A stretch of 64,000 nucleotides of DNA, from positions 38,831 to 102,830 of the forward strand of contig JAKANL010000001.1 in NCBI GenBank assembly GCA_021823685.1, in the 5' to 3' direction. Positions within the stretch are counted from its first letter, which is position 1; each line of letters starts with the position of its first letter. This stretch comes from a bacterium (GTDB lineage Bacteria; Babelota; Babeliae; Babelales; UBA12409). Positions 54,418 through 63,771 of this stretch are shown one piece after another. The notes under the pieces are model-generated. The model searched no databases, was not told where the DNA came from, and saw nothing but the letters and a program-made list of their open reading frames with translations. The position numbers were made by a program, and so were the translations under genes.

Positions 54418-54562
54418 TGGGGGGCGTAGCCCCCACTAAACCCCCAACATTCTTCGACACGCTCCCGGCCGTCGCCCATGTGGGCTATGGCGGGCACGCA
54501 GGATGCACGGAAGTATGAGGTCAGGATGCGTGGAATATAGCGGACGCACGGAGTACGGGGTT
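54418..54562. repeat. GC-rich modular intergenic repeat (copy f)
   Basis: CATTCTTCGACACGCTCCCGGCC (54448..54470) matches 50434..50456 at 21/23 on the same strand. It is followed by three subrepeats GGAYGCRYGGARKAY (54501, 54524, 54542), parallel to the subrepeats of copy c. Confidence 0.75.
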
Positions 54563-54563
54563 T

Positions 54564-55796
54564 TTACGCTTGCGCGGGGAGCCCGTTATTATTTTTTTCG
54601 TATATCGAGCGTAATTTTAATATTGTTACCGGAAGTTGGGCGATAACGTTTCCCTTGGCATCAAGCCGATCAACCGGGTTTTTAGTGAAATGTGCTTGGA
54701 GTACATCATGCATGGTGTGCGTTTGCGCAAATATTTTTTTAATGGGCAGTTCATGAACTCGGCCATACCCATGGGTTTGTGTGCGCGCCTCAACAATACG
54801 ATTTCGATGCGGATCAACAATCACCATCACGTGCCCGCGAATAGAAATAATATCGCCCGGTTCAATGCGTTCACCGTTTTTGAGTGGACGTAACACGTTA
54901 TTAATGGCGAGCGTATTACGATAATAAAAGGGCAATCCGGCTATCTGCGCCAAACGCATAATCAGAGAAGAGCAATCAAAGCCGCTGTGCGGGCCTTCGT
55001 GCGGTTTTTTAACCGAGATATACGCGTACTGATTATTTTTTGTTTTAACGGTCTTTTCCTGATAGTCGGAGGTGTAGAAATCCGTCGCGCTCATACCGCC
55101 CCATGCGTACGGGATATACCCAACATCGGGATGTGCATATTCTTTTAATAAGCGCACAAAAAGTGCAATATGTTCGTCGGCGGTTAAATTTCCCGTTTGC
55201 AGGGCGATGCGTTTAGGGATACGTGTTACTGCGGATTTTTTCTGGTCAGTGAAACGATACACGGTGTAATACGAAGAATATTTCTTTTGATCGGGACAAA
55301 GTCTAAATCGTGTGCCTGCGGCGTAACGTTGGTGTGTGACTTTGTCAAACCATGGTTGGCTGAGGGTGATTACGGCAGCATGGTCTGATGGCGTTCGGTA
55401 ATCGATTGGCGTGGGTAGTTGGTTACTCTTGAGCTGACCAAGCGGGATAAGATTTTTTTTCAACATCCAATAGGTATTTCGTGGCGTTGAATCAAAAAGC
55501 GTGCAGTAATAGTGTTGCGTAAGGCGCACGCAGACCTCGTCTTCGTGGTGCGGTTCAGGCTGATCAACGATGGTAACGATTTCATTGAATAATAATTGGC
55601 TGATGCGATTGACGACAACGGGGTCGCCATTGATGGGGAATGTTTGGTAGTAATGTGCCGGATTGTGTTTGATATGATGTGCGCTCAACGGTTCGCCGAT
55701 AAGATCAGCCACGGGAACAGAACAAACAGCATGTTGGTCAGCTTTCAGACCAATCACGTACGGACCAATCGCCATCAGTACAAAAAACTTCTTCAT
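54564..55796 (-). CDS. NlpC/P60-family cysteine peptidase
   Basis: Signal peptide MKKFFVLMAIGPYVIGLKA. C-terminal domain has GFDCSSLIMRLAQIAG (Cys) and GDIISIRGHVMVIV (His). Confidence 0.75.
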   Translation of the reverse strand: MKKFFVLMAIGPYVIGLKADQHAVCSVPVADLIGEPLSAHHIKHNPAHYYQTFPINGDPVVVNRISQLLFNEIVTIVDQPEPHHEDEVCVRLTQHYYCTLFDSTPRNTYWMLKKNLIPLGQLKSNQLPTPIDYRTPSDHAAVITLSQPWFDKVTHQRYAAGTRFRLCPDQKKYSSYYTVYRFTDQKKSAVTRIPKRIALQTGNLTADEHIALFVRLLKEYAHPDVGYIPYAWGGMSATDFYTSDYQEKTVKTKNNQYAYISVKKPHEGPHSGFDCSSLIMRLAQIAGLPFYYRNTLAINNVLRPLKNGERIEPGDIISIRGHVMVIVDPHRNRIVEARTQTHGYGRVHELPIKKIFAQTHTMHDVLQAHFTKNPVDRLDAKGNVIAQLPVTILKLRSIYEKNNNGLPAQA

Positions 55797-55985
55797 GAAA
55801 TACCCCCTTGATGGTTTGTGCTTTGTCTAAGTGTATCCAAAGAGCTCTTTTTAACGGAACAGTCTTTGGTCAAAAGGCCTAAAAAGCCAGTCTTTTATGT
55901 TATACTTGGCAAATTTTTGAAAAAGCTTTGAGTTTGGCATTCAGCGTGTGGTAATCTGAGGAGGTTAAGGGATAGGGGGTGCGTG

Positions 55986-57059
55986 ATGAACAAAGCACTA
56001 TCGGCGCGTTTTTTGATAATGGGTATGCTCGTTACTGGTGCATCGGTTGGTCGGTTAGCGGCCGATATTGCGCAGTGGTCACGTCTTTACTATCACAATC
56101 TTTCCAATGCTGAACGTGCCCAGCTTCAAACCCGATCAAAAAATGTGTTTATTAAAGAATTTCGCTTTCCTGTAACGCAAATGTTACTTTCGTGGAATGC
56201 TCTTCGTCCGCATCATGGCTATTTAAGTTTTTCCATACAGGTTCGTGACCAGGCGACGGGGCGGTGGAGTGATTGGATGCATGCGGCAGAATGGGGAGCT
56301 GGCGTGCAACGATCGTTCCATACAGAGCCTCTTTTTGGGCCGACCTTTAATAATGTGCGCTTAGATATGCCGTCACATCATTTGGCTGACGCGTGTCGTG
56401 TTGCCGTTCAAGCGCATGGGGGTGCTTCGCTTGCGTTGCTCTACCGTATTTCGGTAGCGGCAGCCGATTTTTATCGTTTTACCTCAGAAGTTAATCGTCA
56501 CATTAATGCGCCGTCGATCGACATCAAGGGGATACCGCTTATTTCTCAAATGCGCCTTGATCATGCCGATCGCCACCGTATCTGTTCGCCGACATCGCTG
56601 TGTATGGTGGTTTCATATCTTAATGACCATCAAGAAAACCCCGAACAATTTGCTGATGGCGTTTATGATTATGGGCTTGCGCAGTACGGAAGTTGGCCAT
56701 TTAATGTTGCTCATGCCTTTAGCCGCGTTGCTGGGCGTGCCTATTTTTCGGTGGTACGGCTCAATTCTTTTGAACAGTTGTATGCGTACTTGCGCAAAGG
56801 GCTTCCCGTTGTGGTCAGTGTTCGTTTGCGCGGGAGGCAGCGCCTACCTGGTATGCCGCAGGGTCATACGTACCATGATGGGCATCTGATGGTCGTCGTT
56901 GGCTGGGATAATGTTCATAAATGTGTGCGTTGTCTGGATCCAGCGCAACCGCAAAATAACCGTGTGCCGACGTGTTATCCACTAAAAAATTTTCTTGCTG
57001 CGTGGGAAAATCCGGCATCGCCACGGCTTGCTTATGTTGCCGATTGGCGTGAGGAATAA
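55986..57059 (+). CDS. C39-like (papain-fold) peptidase domain protein
   Basis: Signal-like N-terminus. ICSPTSLCMVVSYL (Cys) and YHDGHLMVVVGWD (His) follow the pattern of Peptidase_C39-like/YvpB-type proteins. Confidence 0.5.
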   Translation: MNKALSARFLIMGMLVTGASVGRLAADIAQWSRLYYHNLSNAERAQLQTRSKNVFIKEFRFPVTQMLLSWNALRPHHGYLSFSIQVRDQATGRWSDWMHAAEWGAGVQRSFHTEPLFGPTFNNVRLDMPSHHLADACRVAVQAHGGASLALLYRISVAAADFYRFTSEVNRHINAPSIDIKGIPLISQMRLDHADRHRICSPTSLCMVVSYLNDHQENPEQFADGVYDYGLAQYGSWPFNVAHAFSRVAGRAYFSVVRLNSFEQLYAYLRKGLPVVVSVRLRGRQRLPGMPQGHTYHDGHLMVVVGWDNVHKCVRCLDPAQPQNNRVPTCYPLKNFLAAWENPASPRLAYVADWREE

Positions 57060-58258
57060 TCTTTTTCGTAGAGCGTGATTATACGCGGCCATGGTTTATA
57101 TAAAAAATATGGTTTTGCTTTTTCATAAAATTTTTTGAGATCTTCGTTGATCGTAAGCGCCAGTGTTGCGCGGTCGCAATCGCCATGCATAAAACGGCAT
57201 ACACCATCGGTTCCCATCGCTGTCTCAAACGCCGGTTTAAACGTAAGATGCACGTTGTGCGCATGTAAATATGACAACAGATCAACAAGTGCGTTAAACG
57301 AAGAAACCTTTGCAATGGTCGGAATTTCAATGTGAAGCCCGGTGTAGGTGATGCCATGTTCGTTGCGTGTTGTCGGTGTGCTTGATACATGGTATGCGTG
57401 GAGTATTTTTTGTACCTGGTTCCAGTGCTGGGGGGTAACGCCGCTGGCAGCATCAAGCATGAGATATTGAAATGGTTTTTGCGTATCGCCCGCTTTGAAT
57501 GCTTCAGCTATTTCTTCAAAGAGCCCTAAGAAACTGTATCCAAAGCACGAAGCCAAGCGCGGTATGCGCGGCGAGAGCGGCGTAATGAGCTGTTTGAGCT
57601 GCTCTGAACGACGAAATTCTTTCATGCGTACAATAGTTAGGTCGGGAGATGGTTTTTCTACCAGCGAGTTGAAAAAAAGCGCTAATTCGCCAATGGTCAT
57701 GGCGTGACGAAGGGGGATCGGGGCGATAGAAATAAACGAATGATGCGTGCTATCGACGAGTGGACCTTCCATGATATCTCCCAGCGGATTTGGGCGATCG
57801 AAAACAACAATAGGCTTGTCTTGTTCTAAGAGGTGATAGAGCGTTGATATATACGTATAGTGCCGCATGCCTGAATCTTGGATGTCGAAAAAAATAACAT
57901 CGATCGTATCAAGCCGTTCTTTAGTGATGGGAAAGGTTCGATCGCCTCCCTGATAGAGACTGATGACGGGCAGGCCGCTCTGCGCATCGATTGAATCGTG
58001 CACACTTTTTTCGGCCATTATGGTTCCATCAAGACCATGTTCAGGTGCAAAAAGTGCAACGAGGTTATAGTTTTTTTCTCTCAGGAGATCGATAGTACGT
58101 TTTTTGTCCTGCAAACAACCGCTTTGATTGGTTACTAAGCCAATGCGGAGCGTGCGATATTTTTCCAATGTTGGTGGCAGCGCCTCTATGCCGAGTTTGA
58201 ATGCGTGAAGTGGCAGAGAGCAGAGTCCGCTCAGGAAGATATATGGTATCAATTTCAT
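57032..58258 (-). CDS. DUF1343 / NamZ-like exo-beta-N-acetylmuramidase family protein
   Basis: Signal peptide MKLIPYIFLSGLCSLPLHA. LRIGLVTNQSG...LFAPEHGLDG...DIQDSGMRHYTYIST is collinear with DUF1343. Confidence 0.7.
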   Translation of the reverse strand: MKLIPYIFLSGLCSLPLHAFKLGIEALPPTLEKYRTLRIGLVTNQSGCLQDKKRTIDLLREKNYNLVALFAPEHGLDGTIMAEKSVHDSIDAQSGLPVISLYQGGDRTFPITKERLDTIDVIFFDIQDSGMRHYTYISTLYHLLEQDKPIVVFDRPNPLGDIMEGPLVDSTHHSFISIAPIPLRHAMTIGELALFFNSLVEKPSPDLTIVRMKEFRRSEQLKQLITPLSPRIPRLASCFGYSFLGLFEEIAEAFKAGDTQKPFQYLMLDAASGVTPQHWNQVQKILHAYHVSSTPTTRNEHGITYTGLHIEIPTIAKVSSFNALVDLLSYLHAHNVHLTFKPAFETAMGTDGVCRFMHGDCDRATLALTINEDLKKFYEKAKPYFLYKPWPRIITLYEKDYSSRQSAT

Positions 58259-58389
58259 TGAAAAACCCCTTTTCAAACATATGCTTTATTCAAGCATAGA
58301 CAGCGCGCAGACGTGCATACAAGAGTTCAACTCTGTATTTGAAGGCTTGTGGTGCGCTATGCTTGTAGCATAAAAACATAAGGGGGCCC

Positions 58390-59370
58390 ATGAATAAAAT
58401 GTTTTGTGTGTGGGGTTTATCTTTTATAACTATGGTTGGTGCACTATCTGCCCAATCAGCCATTACTGACGTCTTTTTTCATCATGGCAAGCAGCGGGAT
58501 CGGCTTGTGTGGTATTTTTCAGATGCTTTCCGCATGCAACGAACTGATACCGTGCGCGACAATCTTCATATAACGCAGCTCACGCTTAACGATATTATTT
58601 TTGACGATTCCACCGTGCGCACAAAAGCATTGGCGAAACATTTTGATGATTATTTTTCGATACGGGTACAGCTTACGCATGGGCACCTTCGTTATACGAT
58701 CACTTATGATCCAAAAAATATCGCGCTATCGCTTGACCAGACGCGCAATATCCGCGGTATGCCCATGTTAGCATTAACGCTTCAACGTTTGGTAACGCCT
58801 GCGCGGGTACCAGGAACGTTTACGGTCTTTATTGACGCTGGTCATGGCGGGTTACAAACGGGTGCCCAGGCCAATCGTGTAACGGAAAAAACGAGCACTT
58901 TGCGCTATGCCAAAGCTTTAAGAGATTGTTTGAAAGAAAAGGGCTATCAAGTTTTGATGACGCGCACGCATGACCAGGGCGTTGATTTAGATAAGCGTAC
59001 GAGCAAAGCGAATATGGCCGAAGCCGACGTGTTTATCTCGTTGCACCATAATTTTTCACCAACCAACAGCGAAATGCGGGGTATCCAAATTTTTTACACG
59101 CACGACGAGAGTCGAACCCTGGCCGAGCATATGCGCACGGCGTTGCACGGAACGGTCTTGGGCGGCAATGCTGTCGGTGACATTGCCATCAAGCGGGCTG
59201 TGGCGCAGGTGACGTACGGCACAGAAATGCCTGCAGTTCTCATTGAACTGGGATATTTGAGTAATCAGCATGATGCGGCTTGGATTGTGCAGCCAGCAAG
59301 TATCGTAACTATCGTGCAACGTTTGTGTCAGGCGCTTGATTCGTTTGTTGCCGGGACGATTGGCCGATAG
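58390..59370 (+). CDS. N-acetylmuramoyl-L-alanine amidase (Amidase_3)
   Basis: Signal peptide and an N-terminal AMIN-like region, then FIDAGHGG, ADVFISLHHN and IELGYLSN (zinc ligands H, E, H). Confidence 0.8.
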   Translation: MNKMFCVWGLSFITMVGALSAQSAITDVFFHHGKQRDRLVWYFSDAFRMQRTDTVRDNLHITQLTLNDIIFDDSTVRTKALAKHFDDYFSIRVQLTHGHLRYTITYDPKNIALSLDQTRNIRGMPMLALTLQRLVTPARVPGTFTVFIDAGHGGLQTGAQANRVTEKTSTLRYAKALRDCLKEKGYQVLMTRTHDQGVDLDKRTSKANMAEADVFISLHHNFSPTNSEMRGIQIFYTHDESRTLAEHMRTALHGTVLGGNAVGDIAIKRAVAQVTYGTEMPAVLIELGYLSNQHDAAWIVQPASIVTIVQRLCQALDSFVAGTIGR

Positions 59371-60043
59371 CATTGAGCATTTTTTGCGCTGGTTCATGAT
59401 CAGGATTAATGGTTAAAATGGTCAAAAAGTGTTCGCGTGCTTGTTCTGGTTGATTGAGCGCCACAAGCGCCCGCCCGAGATAAAAATGTGCATCAATAAA
59501 TTCACGCGAAACACCAATGGCGCTGGTGAAATATTGCGCGGCAGCGTGGAGGTGTTCTTGCATGACCGTGGGTTGCTGTTGGTATGACGCTTGCCCTGCT
59601 TCATTGAGTTCGGCATAGCCGAGATTAAAAAATGCCAGTTCGGGGCTTATGTAATGCGGATTTTGAGATAAGCCGATCCACAGGCGTTTGGCTTGCTCAG
59701 TTTTGCCCAAACGATAAAGGGCCGTTGCCCAATTATTTTGCATGTCTGCACGCTTGGCTTTAGGAACGGCTTTGTTGGGAACAATTTGCTCAAAAATAGC
59801 ATTGCTGGCTTGTAGTTCGTTGAGCTGGAGCAAAATAGTCGCTTTCAATGCCAGGCTATTGGTGGTTACGTACTCGGCCAAAGATTTATCGATACTATTG
59901 AGCGCTTTATGTAACGAGTTGACATCGCCATCTTTTGCTTCCAGCGATGCTTGTTTAAATAAAATTTGTGCCGTTTGTTTCTTTTTCATGCGGTTTGTGG
60001 CACACCCTGCCAATAGAACGAGAAGTAAAAGATTTCGCTTCAT
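59309..60043 (-). CDS. TPR-repeat lipoprotein
   Basis: Lipobox LLVLLAGC, then several 34-aa TPR-like units (W..A..LYRLGK..QA, AHFYLGRALVALNQPEQA). The 3' end overlaps the amidase gene by 62 nt. Confidence 0.65.
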   Translation of the reverse strand: MKRNLLLLVLLAGCATNRMKKKQTAQILFKQASLEAKDGDVNSLHKALNSIDKSLAEYVTTNSLALKATILLQLNELQASNAIFEQIVPNKAVPKAKRADMQNNWATALYRLGKTEQAKRLWIGLSQNPHYISPELAFFNLGYAELNEAGQASYQQQPTVMQEHLHAAAQYFTSAIGVSREFIDAHFYLGRALVALNQPEQAREHFLTILTINPDHEPAQKMLNAIGQSSRQQTNQAPDTNVAR

Positions 60044-60125
60044 AACGTTACGTTTCCTTTGGGTACCGACTTTTATTTTTTCTGAGTTCCTACTATCTTA
60101 AATAGGGGATAGTTAAAGTGCAATT

Positions 60126-61508
60126 GTGCGCCAAAAAAGTAAGGGTACGGGTCTGGTGACAAATCACATATGGTCTGATTTTTTATCTATTGCACAGCAC
60201 GAAGTCGGTGTCCGCGTTGTTGAGACGTGGCTTAAGGCCATTGAGCTCATACGCTGGGATGCTCGCCAGCAGGTGGTATACCTGCGCGCGCCCAATGCCT
60301 TTGTTAAAGATTGGGTAAGCACGCACTACATGATGCTTTTTTATACACATCTGACGCGGTTGTTAGGCGTCAATAATGTAAGCGTTGTTTTTGTTGATAG
60401 CCAGCCCGTTGCTGAGGCGGCGATCATTCCTGCGCGCTTGGTGACCACCGAGCAAGATCTTACCGCAACGAGCGTGGTACGGCATAGTCCGCAGATTCAT
60501 GCGACCTACCAATTTAACACGTTTGTCGTTGGGCCGAGTAATTCGTTATCATATGCAGCAGCATTGGCTGTGACCGAAAGGCCAGGGTTAGTTTACAATC
60601 CTTTATTTGTGTACGGTTCATCCGGGTTGGGCAAGACGCATCTTTTGCATGCCATTGGCAACGAAATCAGGCATCGTTTTAAAAAATTAATGGTACTTTA
60701 CCAGCCAGCCGACCGCTTTGTTAACGAATTTATTCATGCTATTCGATTTAATAAAATTGACGTTTTCAAAGATAAATATAAAAAAATCGACGTTTTGCTT
60801 ATTGATGATATTCAGTTTATGGCGCATAAAGATCAGACGCAGGAAGCATTTTTCCATATTTTTAATACGCTGTATGAATCATCCAAGCAAATTGTCTGCT
60901 CAAGCGATTTGTATCCGCGTGATCTTCAAGGTATTGCGCAGCGGCTGCGTTCGCGGCTTGAATGGGGTTTGGTGACTGATGTGCAAACGCCTACCATTGA
61001 AGAAAAAATAGCTATCGTTAAGCGCAAGGCGGTCTTAAGTGGGCAGGAGATTACCGACGAAGTTGCTGAATTTTTGGCGCAGCAGGCACCGCATAATATT
61101 CGCGAGCTCGAGGGCGCTCTTATTCGCGTGTGTGCTTTTGCGTCACTAACGCAGCAGTCATTAACTTTTGAACTGGTCCGCAAGGTGTTGGTCAGGCCGA
61201 TACTCACCAATGAAAAAAAGACCATTACCCTGGAAGCGGTAGCTGGCGTTGTGGCCAAACAATATGGCTATACGTTGGCAGATTTACGTTCAAGTTCGCG
61301 TAATCGCGATATTGCCTTATCGCGCCATGTGGCCATGTACCTCATGAAGCGCGTGACGGATAAATCATTGCAAGAAATCGGCGCTTTTTTACGACGCAGT
61401 GATCACACCACCGTGGCACATGCGATTATTAAGGTTCAGCAGTTAGTGCTCAACAACGAGCCGCTCAATGCACTTTTGTGCAAAATGGAGCAGCAGATTC
61501 GCTCTTAG
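60126..61508 (+). CDS. dnaA: chromosomal replication initiator DnaA
   Basis: Walker A GSSGLGKTHLL, Walker B LLIDDIQF, and sensor and box VII regions. C-terminal HTH is SRHVAMYLMKRVTDKSLQEIG..DHTTVAHA. The start codon (GTG 60126) is uncertain. Confidence 0.9.
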   Translation: MRQKSKGTGLVTNHIWSDFLSIAQHEVGVRVVETWLKAIELIRWDARQQVVYLRAPNAFVKDWVSTHYMMLFYTHLTRLLGVNNVSVVFVDSQPVAEAAIIPARLVTTEQDLTATSVVRHSPQIHATYQFNTFVVGPSNSLSYAAALAVTERPGLVYNPLFVYGSSGLGKTHLLHAIGNEIRHRFKKLMVLYQPADRFVNEFIHAIRFNKIDVFKDKYKKIDVLLIDDIQFMAHKDQTQEAFFHIFNTLYESSKQIVCSSDLYPRDLQGIAQRLRSRLEWGLVTDVQTPTIEEKIAIVKRKAVLSGQEITDEVAEFLAQQAPHNIRELEGALIRVCAFASLTQQSLTFELVRKVLVRPILTNEKKTITLEAVAGVVAKQYGYTLADLRSSSRNRDIALSRHVAMYLMKRVTDKSLQEIGAFLRRSDHTTVAHAIIKVQQLVLNNEPLNALLCKMEQQIRS

Positions 61509-62535
61509 GCGACCAATAATAATTTTTCGTTGAACGCCACTTTTCATAACGTTCCCATTTGTACGATCCAACTTTAGATTTGAGATATTTCCCGGCCAAT
61601 TGTAGATACCAAGCAACATGTGAATCGCGCCCATCGATTTTTTCCGTGTATCCCATAATGATGGGAAATAATTCGGTGTCGATAAGCGCAATTTTACCCG
61701 TTCCCTTTTCGATAAAAAAATTTTTTGCATGTGGGTCTATGCGGTGTTCAGAAAACTTTGAAAGATTCATGAGTTCGGCATAATCGGTTTCTTTTTCTTT
61801 GTCTTCGTGGAGTTCATCGGCAATAACACCGTAAATGGCCGGCATGACGGCATGATCGGTTGTCCGTGGTCCCAGGTTGTGCGTTTGAATATGGAGCCAT
61901 GCGGGGTCTTTGGGCAACCAGAACCACTTTCTTGGCAGGCTGACGCGGTTACGCCAGTGTTCATCCCGAGCGATACGTTTTTTGAGGCAGGAGAGCGTTT
62001 TTATGCGCGTGAAGCCAAGTGCATGACGAAATGATCCACCCGCAACAAAGACGTTGCACATTTCAAAGCCCTTGTCGTATGGATTGATAAAGCTTTTTGG
62101 GTTTTCAATAAAAAATTTAAAAACGAATGGGTAGTCTTTAAACTTGAGAATAATAAGACCACATTTTTTTTGCCGAATAAAGCCGCTTTCTTTGAGGATG
62201 ATGAAATCGCGGTAGGCATGCTTTTTTTGCTTAATTTCGTCCAAAAAATGTTCAATAAGCGCATTGATTTTTTCTTTCGTGATCTGTTTATCCCCATAGG
62301 CGATACCGGTGTCAGGAACGAGGTGTTTTTCAAAGTGCTTGTGGCGAAAAGACTGTAAAATGGGGGTTGGTTTGAGGTGGCCGTCGATTAATCGTTGCCG
62401 ATCGTGGGGGTTATCGCTACTCCATACGATGATGCTTGGCAAGTGCGGATCGTGCGGTCGGTGCGGACTCCGCTGCGCGGTGGTAAATATACTTTGGCTT
62501 ATAATAAACACAAAGAGCGGTACGGTGTGCTTCAT
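61465..62535 (-). CDS. hypothetical secreted protein, possibly protein-kinase-like fold
   Basis: Signal peptide MKHTVPLFVFIISQSIFTTA. RIDPHAKNFFIEKGTGKIALIDTELF resembles the catalytic loop (D-x-H-x-x-N) plus metal-binding Asp of Kdo/WaaP/APH-like kinases. The 3' end overlaps dnaA by 44 nt. Confidence 0.35.
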   Translation of the reverse strand: MKHTVPLFVFIISQSIFTTAQRSPHRPHDPHLPSIIVWSSDNPHDRQRLIDGHLKPTPILQSFRHKHFEKHLVPDTGIAYGDKQITKEKINALIEHFLDEIKQKKHAYRDFIILKESGFIRQKKCGLIILKFKDYPFVFKFFIENPKSFINPYDKGFEMCNVFVAGGSFRHALGFTRIKTLSCLKKRIARDEHWRNRVSLPRKWFWLPKDPAWLHIQTHNLGPRTTDHAVMPAIYGVIADELHEDKEKETDYAELMNLSKFSEHRIDPHAKNFFIEKGTGKIALIDTELFPIIMGYTEKIDGRDSHVAWYLQLAGKYLKSKVGSYKWERYEKWRSTKNYYWSPKSESAAPFCTKVH

Positions 62536-62718
62536 AACATCCTTTTTTACATCGAGCAACTTCCCGTAATTTTAGCAATGGAACTTGCGCTTAGACAAGT
62601 CTACAATTGAATGTTGCTTTTCAAGATGGCTGTTTGATACGCTACCCCCGACAGCGGGAGTTAGACCACCAGCTGATTGTGTATGGTGAGTGTGGGAAAA
62701 GGGAGGAGTGTAGGTCTC

Positions 62719-63252
62719 ATGAAAAGTAATGAAACTTTTGAACGGCAGCGTCGTGTGCTTGGCTGTTTGAGCAGCCTACCTCGCAAAATCATGTCGGTGC
62801 ATGAACGAGAAAATGTTCCCGAATTTATTCTGCATGATATATGCAACGAACATTGTTTTAATATTATTCGAGCCGCATATTTTGTTGAAAATCCTGATTT
62901 TAAGTGCGTTAAAGGAGTTGCCGGTTTTTGCCGCGAAGAAGCATATAACGCACTCGATCATGTGTGGGACGATCCACAGGCCTTTGCACAGTTCATGAAA
63001 AATTCTTTGTTTAATCAAAAAGTTCGTTCATTGATGTTCGATCATTTGGCTTCCGATGATGCGTTATCTCAACATGTTCAACAACATATTGCCCCCCAGT
63101 TGGGATTTGCACATCCATCGTGGTGTACCTGGGATTTGAAACATTATAATCATGGGCTTATTGTGTACGAAAAAGCTGATTTGCAGGACGAAGTGTTTGA
63201 TCAACATTTTATGAATAGTTTGTATTTGCTCGGTTTTTGCGCCATTTATTAA
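62719..63252 (+). CDS. hypothetical protein
   Basis: GGGAGGAG RBS then ATG 62719 (MKSNETFERQ...), 177 aa with no signal peptide. No motif recognised. Confidence 0.55.
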   Translation: MKSNETFERQRRVLGCLSSLPRKIMSVHERENVPEFILHDICNEHCFNIIRAAYFVENPDFKCVKGVAGFCREEAYNALDHVWDDPQAFAQFMKNSLFNQKVRSLMFDHLASDDALSQHVQQHIAPQLGFAHPSWCTWDLKHYNHGLIVYEKADLQDEVFDQHFMNSLYLLGFCAIY

Positions 63253-63268
63253 AAACGATGAGGGGGTC

Positions 63269-63427
63269 ATGAAACCACAAAGAATGCGTTTGCGAGCTCG
63301 GGAAAAAGATTTGGAACGTCGTAACGCGCAGTTTGAGAAATTAACGCGCGGATATACGCCGCATCCACAAGGCATGAGAACGCGTAATAGACATAAGCAG
63401 GTACCGAACGCACGTAAGGCGAGTTAG
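63269..63427 (+). CDS. small basic protein (52 aa), hypothetical
   Basis: My own translation: GAGGGGG then ATG 63269, MKPQRMRLRARERDLERRNAQFEKLTRGYTPHPQGMRTRNRHKQVPNARKAS, stop at 63425..63427. It falls below the ORF-track size cutoff. Confidence 0.35.
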   Translation: MKPQRMRLRAREKDLERRNAQFEKLTRGYTPHPQGMRTRNRHKQVPNARKAS

Positions 63428-63462
63428 TAGAAGTTTAATCGTACCAAAAGAAAGAAAGGGAT

Positions 63463-63663
63463 ATGATGAAACGTATGGTATGGTTCTTGGTGTTGGCGGG
63501 TTTTGCTGTCGGTTTTGCCGGTTGCCATAAAAATGACAAAAAAGCGGAACCGCACAAGACGCACGTGAAGAAAGAACGCGTAAAGAAAGAGCGTGTAAAA
63601 AAAGAACATAAAGTCAAAGCACGACGCGAAAAGAAACAACATAAAGTTGTTGACGAGGCATAA
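63463..63663 (+). CDS. small Lys-rich lipoprotein
   Basis: MMKRMVWFLVLAGFAVGFAGC (lipobox FAGC), then three tandem 15-nt repeats encoding VKKER/VKKER/VKKEH. A terminator follows. Confidence 0.6.
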   Translation: MMKRMVWFLVLAGFAVGFAGCHKNDKKAEPHKTHVKKERVKKERVKKEHKVKARREKKQHKVVDEA

Positions 63664-63680
63664 AAATCTTACAGCCATGA

Positions 63681-63711
63681 AGAGGTCGGTGGAAAGCCGG
63701 CCTCTTTTTTT
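63681..63711 (+). terminator. rho-independent terminator
   Basis: AGAGGTCGG-TGGAAAG-CCGGCCTCT stem-loop (one G-U pair) followed by T6. Confidence 0.7.
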
Positions 63712-63771
63712 GTTGCTTTAGATGCGGTCAATGGCGTATTTTTGTAATAAGGGGTATGTGAAGGGGGAATG

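Noticed and set aside
56971-56985. DnaA-box-like TTATCCACT
   Set aside because: It is a single 8/9 match inside the C39-like CDS, 3 kb from dnaA, with no neighbouring boxes, so it is not evidence for oriC.
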